Shown: piece by piece, positions 1 through 10,079 of the stretch
Layout: the number at the start of each line of letters is the position of its first letter
How positions within the stretch are numbered: the first letter of the stretch is position 1
From: Minisyncoccota bacterium
GTDB lineage: Bacteria; Patescibacteriota; Minisyncoccia; Moranbacterales; UBA1568
NCBI GenBank assembly: GCA_051306005.1
Contig: JBPPMJ010000003.1
Location: 97,764 to 161,763, forward strand
DNA: 64,000 nucleotides
Direction of reading: 5' to 3'
The notes under the pieces: model-generated
Databases searched by the model: none
What the model was told of the DNA's origin: nothing
Seen by the model: only the letters and a program-made list of their open reading frames with translations
Position numbers and translations under genes: made by a program

Positions 1-2
1 TT

Positions 3-719
3 GACGAAAGAAAACTCCTCACCAGCAGGAATAATGATGTTTTGAAACTGTTTGAGCGAGCGATTGATATTGTAGATGCGATTTTTCGGCGATCCTTTGA
101 AATTGGTACTGCCTTCGCCAATCAGTTCTTTAAGCCCAAGACGTTCTTTGTCGCTTGCTTTGAGTGTTGGTTGTACGATTTCCGTCGGTAGGGTAATCTG
201 AATATTATCTCTCAAAGGAGCATTTAATACGGAAAGAAGTATATCCAAACTCTCCAGTTCTTTTAATTTTCGCCCGATTTTTTCCGGTTCGGCAACGACA
301 ATAGTTCCTTGTGTCACCGTAAAGCGTACATCCATCGGGTCTTGATTGATTTTTTCGGATAATTTGCTGATGAAATGTTTGAGCGTGTCGACATCTAAGG
401 TACTTAAGTTTTTTGTTTGAATATGCTGACTAGTATCGCGCGATACGGCAATAGCACAAATGATATCTGTGTGGGTACAAAGCATTGGATCTACTAGTTC
501 CGTCAGTACAGCTCTATCATAGACTGGACGTGTTTCCAGGTGCATTAGTCCGATGACCTCTTGCGGATTGAGGGTTTCCCTGTAATCACCCGCTTGGAGT
601 GTGAGCGACCCTTGAGTCATTGCTTGTGTAGTTACAGGATAGCAAAAGAGGTATCCACAAAGAGAGAGTATGCAGAGGTACCGAATATAAGAAGAGCAAG
701 CCTTGAGAAGAAAAAACAT
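3..719 (-). CDS. VanW family protein (5' part; runs off the window start)
   Basis: Manual translation from ATG at 719: hydrophobic N-terminus, then LGLKELIGEGSTNFKGSPKNRIYNINRSLKQFQNIIIPAGEEFSF, the typical start of a VanW domain. Absent from the ORF track because it is open at the edge. Confidence 0.85.
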   Translation of the reverse strand, partial: MFFLLKACSSYIRYLCILSLCGYLFCYPVTTQAMTQGSLTLQAGDYRETLNPQEVIGLMHLETRPVYDRAVLTELVDPMLCTHTDIICAIAVSRDTSQHIQTKNLSTLDVDTLKHFISKLSEKINQDPMDVRFTVTQGTIVVAEPEKIGRKLKELESLDILLSVLNAPLRDNIQITLPTEIVQPTLKASDKERLGLKELIGEGSTNFKGSPKNRIYNINRSLKQFQNIIIPAGEEFSFV

Positions 720-746
720 AGAATGGGTTAGAAAGATGAAACGCAA

Positions 747-775
747 AAACTGGTTCCAAGGAGCGGAACCAGTTT
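747..775 (-). terminator. Hairpin, likely intrinsic terminator after hsp20
   Basis: aaactggttcc-aaggagc-ggaaccagttt inverted repeat with A/T tails. Confidence 0.6.
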
Positions 776-824
776 CAAAATCCCGCATTACTAACAAGGA
801 GTGATGCTGAATGCCCCAGAAACA

Positions 825-1361
825 TCAGAAACCGCGTACCTGAATCTTTTTTGTTTTGGTTGTATCGGCTTTTGGTAAACGAACCGTAAGAATTCCGTTT
901 TTCAAGGACGCATCAGCTTTTTCTGGCATTACGTCGACTGGTAGAAGGACAGAACGTGAAAATGATCCCCAGTAACATTCTTGATAGTAATAATTGCCGT
1001 GTTCCACAACCTCTTCGTTTTTGCGCTCCCCTTTGATGGTAACCATATCGTTGTTGATGGAAACATCCAAATCTTCGGGCTTGACACCAGCAATCGTAGA
1101 TTTAATGACGATTTCATTTTCAGTTTGGTAGACATCGATAGTGAGTTGTCCTTCAGTACCATCACTTTCGTTGGAAGTATTGAAAGCGGAAGGGGTCCAA
1201 GTCTCTTCGCTCCGATTAGCAAAAGCACGCGATGTTTCATTCATAGGAATGTTTGTTTCTTGTTCTTCGTTATAGATAGGCACTGACTCTGGGTAGCTTT
1301 CGTGGTCGACGCTTTGAGCCCCCGTGAGGCGTTCAAAGAAAGAGCGTTTTTGTTTTGTCAT
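825..1361 (-). CDS. Hsp20/alpha-crystallin small heat-shock protein
   Basis: IDVYQTENEIVIKSTIAGV...GSFSRSVLLP...ASLKNGILTVRLPK; start taken at MTKQ. Confidence 0.93.
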   Translation of the reverse strand: MTKQKRSFFERLTGAQSVDHESYPESVPIYNEEQETNIPMNETSRAFANRSEETWTPSAFNTSNESDGTEGQLTIDVYQTENEIVIKSTIAGVKPEDLDVSINNDMVTIKGERKNEEVVEHGNYYYQECYWGSFSRSVLLPVDVMPEKADASLKNGILTVRLPKADTTKTKKIQVRGF

Positions 1362-1459
1362 AATGTATGCATATATTAATGGTACTGCCACATTTCAATT
1401 TCAGTATAGACGGTTTTTGAAAATGACGCAAGATAGTGTACGGAAAATTTGTTTGATAT

Positions 1460-1939
1460 TTAGAAGGGCAGGAGGATGCTAAAGTTATAGACGGCATGCA
1501 TGGTAATGGCCAAAAACAGACCAAAGAAAGCAAGTAACGAATACCTGGCGTTCAGTCGCAATGTGACCAAAAGAGTATTACTCGTCAGAATATGTAATGC
1601 TGTTATGCTCAATAGACTTTGCCAGGGTACACTGTGTATTGTATTGAGCATGAGGAGTATTTCTAGACTCGCAAAACCAATACCGAAGCCAATACCAGCA
1701 GGGAAGGGATGTCTTAGGGTTGTTTTAGATAGATGAGAGCAGGAGCGAATATATTGCCTCAAGAAAATGAATTTAGAGAGTTCTTCTATCAATACCATAC
1801 TGAGCACTGGCAAGATGCCGGTGAAAGAAAGAGTGAATGTGGCCAATATATCGGATGAATCTTCTATAAGAAGAAGTTCCAAAACGAGCGCACCGCATGC
1901 CGAGAGGAGGCCAAAAACAAAGGCGAGCGGTACGAACAT
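1460..1939 (-). CDS. PrsW-family glutamic intramembrane protease
   Basis: Hydrophobic protein with IEELSKF (EExxK), GIGFASLE, ALH and HAVYN motifs. Confidence 0.75.
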   Translation of the reverse strand: MFVPLAFVFGLLSACGALVLELLLIEDSSDILATFTLSFTGILPVLSMVLIEELSKFIFLRQYIRSCSHLSKTTLRHPFPAGIGFGIGFASLEILLMLNTIHSVPWQSLLSITALHILTSNTLLVTLRLNARYSLLAFFGLFLAITMHAVYNFSILLPF

Positions 1940-1953
1940 AGCAGGGGAAAAAA

Positions 1954-4557
1954 TTAGGATAAGAACGTGATGTGTTCTGTGAGGTCCGCAATACGTTGTT
2001 TGGTGTCATGATACTTTTGTCGTTCTTCGGCGACGACTTCTGGTTTTGCGCGATCACAGAAATGCGGATTGTTGAGTTTGGTTTCCAACTGAATCAGGTA
2101 GCGTTCTTTTTCTTGTTTTTCATGTTCAAATCGCAGACGTTCTTTGGTTTTGTCAATAATATCGGCGAGATGGAGAAATACCGGTATCGTGTTTGATCGG
2201 ATCAGAATGGAATTTTCTGGAATGCTATCACTTGTGTTGATGGTTTGAATTCGTGCCAGACGTTGAAAAATTATAGCATTGTCATAAATGAGGGATGTGT
2301 CAAGTTGTTTCAAGACACTGAGCGTCATATAGTGTACCGGATCTATATGATACAGGGCACGTGCGTTGCGGATTTTGACAATGAGATTTTTGACATGTTC
2401 AAAACGTTCTTCATCAGTGTTGTCAGTAGACAGGGAAGATGCGGACGGCCAGACGGCCATCATCAACAATCCGCTATCATTAAAGTGAAAAGTTTGGTGA
2501 ATGGCTTCGGTGACAAAAGGAATAAAGGGATGCCAAAGTCTCAAAATGGTATCCAGCACAAAACGTAGACAAGCGTCATTTTTCTCGACCTTGTGCACTT
2601 CGACATACCAGTCCGCAAAATCATTCCAGGTGAATTCTCGGAGTGTTTCGGCAGAGAGAGAAATTTGCCGGTTTTCAAGCAGACGCGTGACTTCTCGTAT
2701 CGTAGTGTCCAATCTGTGAAGTATCCAGCGGTCAGCATCTGTATTGGCGACGGATGATGGCGTAGGAAGCGTAGTGTCTGTTTGTGTACCAACGTATCGG
2801 CTGATATTCCAGAGTTTGTTGATAAAGTTGCGAAAAGATTCTATTTTATCATCAGAGAGATTAAAATCGAGACCGGGCGTGGTACCGAGAACGAGACTCA
2901 GACGTACGGCATCAGCACCGTATTGATCGATGGCACGCAATACATCGATGCCGTTGCCCTTGGATTTTGACATTTTTTTGCCATGTTTATCCCGTACTAG
3001 ACCACTGAAATAGAGTTCGCGAAAGGGGACTTGACCAGTGTTATACACACCAAACATGATCATACGTGTTGCCCAAAACAAGAGAAGATCACGACCCATC
3101 ACCATCATGTCTGTTGGATAAAAATTCTGACTTGCTGGTGTGTCCGGATATCCTAGTGTTGTATAGGGCCATTGACCTGATGAAAACCAGGTATCAAGCG
3201 TGTCTTCGTCCTGTGCCCATCCATCTCCAGCCGGTGCTTCCGTGCCACAATATACTTCTTCTGTGTTGGTATCCGTTGATTTTCGATACCAGACTGGTAT
3301 GCGGTGTCCCCACCAGAGTTGTCGTGAAATACACCAATCATGTAAATTTTCCAACCAATGTATCATTTGTTTACGCATGCTTTCAGGATGAAAGGCAAGC
3401 GTGTTCCCCTGAATAGCTTGGATAGATTTTTGTTTAAGGGAATACGAGGGTGCATCGACGTTAACGAACCATTGTTTGGAAATGAGTGGCTCAATAGACG
3501 TTTGACAACGTTCGCATGAAGCAAGGTTGATGAGGTGTGCTTCTTCTTTGATGAGAAAATCATTTTTGGTAAGAGCTTCCAAGACTTGCATACGCGCTTC
3601 ATTGATAGAGAGGCCATGAAAGACGCCACCCAGTTCGGTGATTCTAGCATCCGTACCAATTACCTGCAGTGTCTTGAGGTGGTGAGTCTGTCCAATTTCC
3701 CAATCCAGAGAATCATGTGCTGGCGTTATTTTGACCGCTCCAGTTCCAAAAGCGGGATCGATACGAGGATCAGCGATAATGGGAATCACGCGATTGACCA
3801 ATGGCAGTATCACTCTTTTGCCAATAAAGGCATGATAACGTTCATCATTCGGATGCACGGCAACGGCAGTGTCTCCGAGCAGTGTCTCCGGGCGTGTCGT
3901 GGCCACGGTCAAGACCTCGGTTGAATCTTGAAGGGGATAGCGAATAAAAAATAATTTCCCTTCAGTCTCTCGATGCACTACCTCAACGTCAGACAGGGCT
4001 GTGGCACAACGTGGACACCAATTGATGATCCGTTCTCCGTGATAGATCATACCAGCCTGATACATTTTGACGAATGTTTCTTGGACACGATGTGACACCG
4101 CGGGATCCAAAGTAAATGTTTCCCTGGACCAATCAGCGGAAAGTCCAATACGCTTTTCTTGTGAGCGCATATACTCTGCCCGATCAAGACAAAAATTATA
4201 CGTCGCTTGATAGAAGGCTTCTCGACCAAGATCGTGACGTGTGCGTCCTTGTTCCGCGTATAGTTTTTTTTCAAAAACAACCTGTGTTTGAATGCCGGCA
4301 TGGTCTTTGCCTGGCAGAAGAAGTGTTTTTTTACCACGCATCCGAGCGAAACGACCAAAGATATCCATCACGGTATATCCGCTGGCATGTCCGAGATGCA
4401 ATTCTCCATTGGCATTGGGTGGAGGTAAGATATTGGTATAATGTGTCTCGCCAGTGAGATTTTCTGGTCGAAAAAAACCACTCTCTTCCCATGTGGTGTA
4501 GAGTCGATTTTCCCAGTCTTTTGCAGTGTATGTTTTGGGGATGTGGTCTGTTTGCAT
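1954..4557 (-). CDS. valS: Valine--tRNA ligase
   Basis: PPPNANGELHLGH (HIGH), DWCISRQLWWGH, KMSKSKGN, C-terminal coiled coil. Confidence 0.98.
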   Translation of the reverse strand: MQTDHIPKTYTAKDWENRLYTTWEESGFFRPENLTGETHYTNILPPPNANGELHLGHASGYTVMDIFGRFARMRGKKTLLLPGKDHAGIQTQVVFEKKLYAEQGRTRHDLGREAFYQATYNFCLDRAEYMRSQEKRIGLSADWSRETFTLDPAVSHRVQETFVKMYQAGMIYHGERIINWCPRCATALSDVEVVHRETEGKLFFIRYPLQDSTEVLTVATTRPETLLGDTAVAVHPNDERYHAFIGKRVILPLVNRVIPIIADPRIDPAFGTGAVKITPAHDSLDWEIGQTHHLKTLQVIGTDARITELGGVFHGLSINEARMQVLEALTKNDFLIKEEAHLINLASCERCQTSIEPLISKQWFVNVDAPSYSLKQKSIQAIQGNTLAFHPESMRKQMIHWLENLHDWCISRQLWWGHRIPVWYRKSTDTNTEEVYCGTEAPAGDGWAQDEDTLDTWFSSGQWPYTTLGYPDTPASQNFYPTDMMVMGRDLLLFWATRMIMFGVYNTGQVPFRELYFSGLVRDKHGKKMSKSKGNGIDVLRAIDQYGADAVRLSLVLGTTPGLDFNLSDDKIESFRNFINKLWNISRYVGTQTDTTLPTPSSVANTDADRWILHRLDTTIREVTRLLENRQISLSAETLREFTWNDFADWYVEVHKVEKNDACLRFVLDTILRLWHPFIPFVTEAIHQTFHFNDSGLLMMAVWPSASSLSTDNTDEERFEHVKNLIVKIRNARALYHIDPVHYMTLSVLKQLDTSLIYDNAIIFQRLARIQTINTSDSIPENSILIRSNTIPVFLHLADIIDKTKERLRFEHEKQEKERYLIQLETKLNNPHFCDRAKPEVVAEERQKYHDTKQRIADLTEHITFLS

Positions 4558-4640
4558 ATCGCCTAGCATAGCATTTCTCACTCTATGTTTCAAGTGATGT
4601 GATTCTCACGAACAAGCAAAAGAATAGGATTGTTGGCACA

Positions 4641-5765
4641 TTATTTTTGGACGATGTTTTGAAAGGGGAGGTTGGCATCAGGCTCCAACGTAATCTTATT
4701 TTGCAACAATGTTTGACGATCTTGAGGTGACATCTGTGCATAACGATAGGCTGCCGCCACCCCAATCATGACCGCGTTGTCGAGTGAATAGGTGAATTCG
4801 GGCGTGCGAAATACGGTGTCAGGGAAGTACTTATTGACCAAAGTACGTAACCGGTTACGTAATCGTTCATTGGCAGACACCCCACCGGCGATGACAAAGG
4901 TGCGTGGCGCATAGCATTCGAGCGCTTTTTTGGTTTTGGTAACCAAGACATCGACAACTGCTTCTTGAAAGGCATGACAGATAGAAGCAATGAATACTTC
5001 ATTGCGTAGTGTTTCTGGTGTTTCTTTTTTGAGTGCGTAGAGGACAGCGGTTTTGAGACCGGAAAAAGAGAAGTCCAGTGTATCCATCGTGAGCATCGGA
5101 CGGGGGAAACGCTTGGTCCACGCGATGATTGTGTCAGGTGTATGTTGCGCACGAAACATATCCGCACGCTTAGCAACTTGGGGACCGCCAGGATAGGGAA
5201 GGCCGAGCATTTTCGCAACTTTGTCAAAAGCTTCACCAGATGCGTCATCTTGAGTCACCCCGAGGATTTCGTATTGGAAATGATTACGCATCAAGACAAG
5301 CTCAGTGTGTCCACCAGAAACAATCAGAGCGATGAGGGGAAATAGTGGTTCTGACGAGGTGATGGGGGTTGTGTCTACTGATTTTTCGGGTGCGAGAAAA
5401 TTGGCATAGATATGTCCTTCCAAATGCTGGATACCAAGCAGGGGTTTTTGCCAAACGAGAGAAAGTGTTTTGCCGGCACTCACTCCGATGACGAGAGCGG
5501 GCATCAGCCCCGGCCCCTGTGTGACCGCAATCAAATCTATATCCTGGGGAGTCATTGAGCCTTGTACCAGCGTTTCCGCAATGACTGGCACAATATTGCG
5601 AATATGTTCACGTGAGGCGATGTCTGGTACGACACCGCCCCATTGAGCATGGAGGTCAGCTTGTGAAGATACCGTATTGACACGTGCGCGAGCCCGCGAG
5701 CCATCCCATTCTACGATGGCGACTGCTGTTTCGTCACAAGATGTCTCAATAGCAAGAATATTCAT
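4641..5765 (-). CDS. tsaD: tRNA N6-threonylcarbamoyltransferase TsaD
   Basis: ILAIETSCDET, HLEGH, SGGHT, GEAFDKVA, FSFSGLKT, DNAVMI. Confidence 0.97.
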   Translation of the reverse strand: MNILAIETSCDETAVAIVEWDGSRARARVNTVSSQADLHAQWGGVVPDIASREHIRNIVPVIAETLVQGSMTPQDIDLIAVTQGPGLMPALVIGVSAGKTLSLVWQKPLLGIQHLEGHIYANFLAPEKSVDTTPITSSEPLFPLIALIVSGGHTELVLMRNHFQYEILGVTQDDASGEAFDKVAKMLGLPYPGGPQVAKRADMFRAQHTPDTIIAWTKRFPRPMLTMDTLDFSFSGLKTAVLYALKKETPETLRNEVFIASICHAFQEAVVDVLVTKTKKALECYAPRTFVIAGGVSANERLRNRLRTLVNKYFPDTVFRTPEFTYSLDNAVMIGVAAAYRYAQMSPQDRQTLLQNKITLEPDANLPFQNIVQK

Positions 5766-5856
5766 AGTATCTCTACTGTAGCGAGGAGCGATGAAAATGG
5801 CAAGGACAAAAAAGACTCCCCAGTGCGCGACGGAGAGTCTTTTTAATCTACTTTAG

Positions 5857-5928
5857 TAGCCCCAAGGGGAGTCGAACCCCTCTTTTCAGGATGAAAACCT
5901 GATGTCCTAACCGATAGACGATGGGGCC
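5857..5928 (-). tRNA. tRNA-Glu(TTC)
   Basis: Cloverleaf GGCCCCA...TCAGG-TTTTCAT-CCTGA...GTTCGACTC...TGGGGCTA; CCA not encoded. Confidence 0.95.
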
Positions 5929-6028
5929 AGAAATAACAAAACAAAAAGCAGTAACTAGCACTGCCTCTTTATCGTAGCATGATAGTGTATTTTTGCAAGC
6001 GCCTGCTTGTGACACTGAACAACGGTGT

Positions 6029-7306
6029 TTATTGCGCTTCTGGCGTCGATATTTCTGTCGGAGAAAGGGTATTGGTCTGACAGACTTTGGCATAATACCG
6101 CGCACTTTTCCGGATGGTGCGTTTTTGGGTGGAGTAGTTTACGTGAACGAGACCAAAACGTAACCAATACCCCTTATCCCATTCAAAATTATCCAACAGT
6201 GACCAATAGAAGTATCCGCGAACATCTACGCCATCGTTTATAGCTTGATGCACCGAGGCAAGGGCTTTTGGAATAAACAATTGCCTCAAGGTGTCATTGG
6301 CGTCTGCCAGACCATTTTCGGTAATATAGATCGGTTTGCGATATGTTTTGAGTTCGATTAATGCCTGATAAATGGAAGAAGGGCAATATTCCCAGCCAAA
6401 ATCTGTTTGTACAATATTGGGATTTTTATTGAAGCCATTATCGATGACATTGCGATTATAGTGATTGAGTCCGATGAAATCTTGGTGCCTGCGGATGCGT
6501 TTGAGAAAAAAATGATTCCACCCGTAATCAGCACCATATTTGAGGAGGCGGTTAAATAGAGTAGGACGCGCCACCACAAAGGAGATTTGATGTTTTGCTA
6601 TACCAACTTGGATATGCGGAGCATGTGCTTTGAGTATGCGATAGGCTTGCTTGTGTGCCTGAATGAGATGATGGAGAGCTCGCAGATATTGCCAGAAACT
6701 TTTTTCTTGTGGAGGCCAGACACCATTCCAATAAGCGTGGACGGATTGGACATCGGGTTCATTGAGTGTGATCCAAAAGCGCGTGTCTGTACCCAGGTGG
6801 TGTATGACTTGTGCCGTGTACCGTGTGAAGTATCGCGCAAAATCTTTGGAGGTGATGCCACCTTTCTTGGCGAGCCAGACGGGAAGTGTCCAGTGCCAAA
6901 GCGTTATAAACGGTTCAATGTTTTTGGCACGCAGTACGTGAATAACTTCTCGATAGTGTGCGAGGGCACGATAATCAAAGACACCCTCTTGCGGTTCTAT
7001 GCGAGACCATTCCAAGGAAAAACGATAGGCATTACAATGGAGTTGTTCCAATATATCAACATCTTCTTGGTAACGAGTGTATTGTTCGCAGGCTCGCCCA
7101 GAAAGATAATTGTGTGGATCACTCGCTTGATCACGGAATTTATTCCAATGAGAATTGTGCTGAAATTTGCCCAAGGATTCTTTGGCGAGACGTGATGCGT
7201 TTTGTTTTTCCCATTCAGACCAATCATTGTGATTGTTGCCTTCTACTTGGTGCGCCGAAGTAGCTGTTCCCCAAAGAAAACCCTCGGGAAATGTTTGTTG
7301 TGACAT
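6029..7306 (-). CDS. Glycoside hydrolase family 1 (beta-glucosidase-like)
   Basis: FLWGTATSAHQVEG, TLNEP (acid/base), YITENG (nucleophile), WSLLDNFEW. Confidence 0.96.
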   Translation of the reverse strand: MSQQTFPEGFLWGTATSAHQVEGNNHNDWSEWEKQNASRLAKESLGKFQHNSHWNKFRDQASDPHNYLSGRACEQYTRYQEDVDILEQLHCNAYRFSLEWSRIEPQEGVFDYRALAHYREVIHVLRAKNIEPFITLWHWTLPVWLAKKGGITSKDFARYFTRYTAQVIHHLGTDTRFWITLNEPDVQSVHAYWNGVWPPQEKSFWQYLRALHHLIQAHKQAYRILKAHAPHIQVGIAKHQISFVVARPTLFNRLLKYGADYGWNHFFLKRIRRHQDFIGLNHYNRNVIDNGFNKNPNIVQTDFGWEYCPSSIYQALIELKTYRKPIYITENGLADANDTLRQLFIPKALASVHQAINDGVDVRGYFYWSLLDNFEWDKGYWLRFGLVHVNYSTQKRTIRKSARYYAKVCQTNTLSPTEISTPEAQ

Positions 7307-7430
7307 AGTGAGTAAAGATAGACTATCTCCGTAGGACCTCTTGTCAGCAGTATGTTTCTTTGATAGTATAGCATATTTCCATCCCTGGAAACGATGCCGT
7401 AAATCGCTAGCAGTGTTATACTGATATTAT

Positions 7431-9146
7431 ATGCCAAATATCTCGTCGCAATCTTTTTCGTTTCCCGATCCAAAAACCACTGATCCGGCTCAGCGTCGTG
7501 TACAGAGAGCCTTTGAGATGGTACCTGGTTTTTTGACATGGACGACGTTGATTAGTATGGTAGCTTTTTCTTTTTTTCTACCGATATGGGCAGCAATGAT
7601 GATTATTGTTTTTGATATTTATTGGATTCACAAAGCGCTCTATATTTCCTTTTTTTCCGTCATTGGACAACGCGCGGTGGTGGAGGGTAAGCGCATAAAC
7701 TGGTGGGAGCGTTGTCAAAACAGCATGCATCCGGAACATTATCGGAACATGTTGCAAGAACGCATCGTGACTATACAAGAGAGTATGCGAGAAATGCCTT
7801 GGTTCGCGTTTCGCCAGCGCCGTATTATGAAACAAGAAATAAGGCGTACGCGAACTATTGTACGAGAGACGGAGGCCTTGATACCTATCAAAGAGCAGAT
7901 AAAAGATTGGCGTGATATCGTGCACGTGGTCTTGTTGCCGACCGCGGGTGAACCAGCGGAAATCATTGAACCAGCGTTACGGTCTTTGGCTGAGAATAAC
8001 TTCCCCAAAGAGCAGATGATTATTTTGCTTGCTACCGAAGAACGTGAAGATCCTGCTACGCGTCTACCAAAAGTTAAATATTTGAAGGAAAAGTTTTCCG
8101 GTATTTTCCGTGATTTTATCGTAACGACGCATATCGTGGCGGATGGTGAAATGAAATGCAAAGCTTCCAATGCCGGCTTCGCTGCTCGTGAATTGATGAA
8201 GTATCTGGATGAACATTCCGTTGATTACACACGTGTCATATTTTCCAACTTTGACTGTGACAGTGTCGCTCATCCTGAATATTTTGCCGCTCTCACTTAT
8301 CAGTACATTATCGACCCCAAGCGTCTACAACGTGCGTATCAACCATTACCGATGTATCACAACAATTTGTGGGATACCAATGCCTTTGTGCGTCTTGTGG
8401 TAACCGGATCATCTTTTTGGCATCTTTATCAGAGTACGCGTCAGGAAATGGTAACTTTTTCTTCTCATTCTGAGCCGTTCGACACATTGGTTAAGGTCGG
8501 TTTTTGGCCAATCAATATGATTAGTGAAGATTCGATTATTTATTGGAAATGTCTTTCATATTTTCATGGGGACTACAAAGTCCAGCCGATTCATCTTCCT
8601 GTTTCATTGGATGCCGTGTTGGCGGAAACGTATTGGAAAACTTTGAAAAATCAGTATAAGCAAAAGCGACGTTGGGCTTATGGCATTGAAAATTTTCCTG
8701 TCACGATGCGCGCTATCCTGCCTGACAAATTGATTCGTCTGCGGGTCAAACTTCGCATTTCTTTTGAAATGTTGGAAGGACACTATTCATGGGCGACGAC
8801 ATCGTTCATCCTCACGTTTCTCGGTTGGTTGCCTCTTTTGTTGGGTGGTAGTGCGTTTCGTGAGAGTGTTTTGGCACACAACCTTCCTTTTGTAACAAGA
8901 ACATTGATGACGCTCGGTATGGCAGGGTTGTTCATCTCCATTCCGATGTCTATGTTGTCCCTGCCACCGCGTCCAAAACGATACGGTAAGTCACGATATT
9001 TTTGGATGCTGTTTCAATGGGTGCTGATTCCAATCGTCGGATTTATCTCAGCCTTTCCAGCGTTGGATTCTCAGACACGTTTGCTATTCGGGAAATATTT
9101 CGGGGAATTTTGGGTGACGGAAAAAATGCGAAAACAAGAGAAATAA
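7431..9146 (+). CDS. Membrane glycosyltransferase family 2
   Basis: KASN, FDCDS (DxD), SEDS and QKRRW (QxxRW) motifs with flanking TM helices. Confidence 0.88.
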   Translation: MPNISSQSFSFPDPKTTDPAQRRVQRAFEMVPGFLTWTTLISMVAFSFFLPIWAAMMIIVFDIYWIHKALYISFFSVIGQRAVVEGKRINWWERCQNSMHPEHYRNMLQERIVTIQESMREMPWFAFRQRRIMKQEIRRTRTIVRETEALIPIKEQIKDWRDIVHVVLLPTAGEPAEIIEPALRSLAENNFPKEQMIILLATEEREDPATRLPKVKYLKEKFSGIFRDFIVTTHIVADGEMKCKASNAGFAARELMKYLDEHSVDYTRVIFSNFDCDSVAHPEYFAALTYQYIIDPKRLQRAYQPLPMYHNNLWDTNAFVRLVVTGSSFWHLYQSTRQEMVTFSSHSEPFDTLVKVGFWPINMISEDSIIYWKCLSYFHGDYKVQPIHLPVSLDAVLAETYWKTLKNQYKQKRRWAYGIENFPVTMRAILPDKLIRLRVKLRISFEMLEGHYSWATTSFILTFLGWLPLLLGGSAFRESVLAHNLPFVTRTLMTLGMAGLFISIPMSMLSLPPRPKRYGKSRYFWMLFQWVLIPIVGFISAFPALDSQTRLLFGKYFGEFWVTEKMRKQEK

Positions 9147-9225
9147 CTACGTGAAAACTTTGGGCAGAGTCATACGTATCACTGGGTGTGAGTATGCCTT
9201 ATTTTTTTCTGAGAGTGCTAATTCT

Positions 9226-9849
9226 ATGTATATTCTTTTTGCTATTCAAAACATACTCATTGGTATTTCACTCATACTTTTGACTGGGATTCCATTGGTG
9301 GCATATTTTTTTGGGATTGATTCGACAGTGAGAGGGTATTTGTTTACGCTTTCTTTTGCTTCAGTTTTTTTGGTGATGATTATTCGTCCATTCGCTGATA
9401 TTTTTATCACACAATTGTGGTTACGACGTTTGGTGATTTTGCGTAAGGGCTTCGGAATTTTGTCGGCGTCCATCATTACCGGTTTTATGATAACGTCTAT
9501 TATGTTGTCTCGTTTCACCTATTTGGCAGATATGATAACACCAGCATTTTATTCTTTGGATGGATATGTGTTATTCGCACACTTAGGAGATTTGACGGGA
9601 CTGATTTTGTTATTGACGTCCAACCGTCTATCACAGAAATTGTTGAAACGTAATTGGAAACGGGTACAGCGTCTCTCGTATGTCTATTTTTATGCTGGTG
9701 GCTTGTATGAAGTTTTTGCTCTCAATAGTCTGTTTGCTCTATATGCCGTGTTGTTTGTGACCAACGTGACTGCATTGGCTTGGGCTGTCAAAAAAATTCG
9801 CAAGGGTACAGTAGAAATGAATCGTGAGGGATCAATTCCTTCAAAATGA
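9226..9849 (+). CDS. Ferric reductase-like/MsrQ-like transmembrane protein, lacking the canonical heme His
   Basis: LRKGFGI and LLLTSN...LKRNWKRVQRLSY follow the RRxLGL / LAxTS...WxxLHxLxY pattern. Confidence 0.7.
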   Translation: MYILFAIQNILIGISLILLTGIPLVAYFFGIDSTVRGYLFTLSFASVFLVMIIRPFADIFITQLWLRRLVILRKGFGILSASIITGFMITSIMLSRFTYLADMITPAFYSLDGYVLFAHLGDLTGLILLLTSNRLSQKLLKRNWKRVQRLSYVYFYAGGLYEVFALNSLFALYAVLFVTNVTALAWAVKKIRKGTVEMNREGSIPSK

Positions 9850-10079
9850 TTTTTTTTCGAACAGACTGAGAGATTTTCATAAAAGGCATTGATTTGAAAG
9901 TGAGGGGGTCTTGCGAAAGCATGGCACGTGCCTCATTATCAACATTTCAGTAATTCGTGCGTTGAAGTTCATGCACAAAGTTTTAATAGGCTCATCTCTG
10001 AACAATAGGATGATATTTAGTTGCTCATCTGTGCGGTTGTGTCGCGGACTGCTGATGAAACTGAAGTTAAAGAAACATG

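Noticed and set aside
6587-7195. Long antisense ORFs (e.g. 6587-7195, 39865-40362, 11661-12104)
   Set aside because: They lie entirely opposite well-supported genes and show no motifs.
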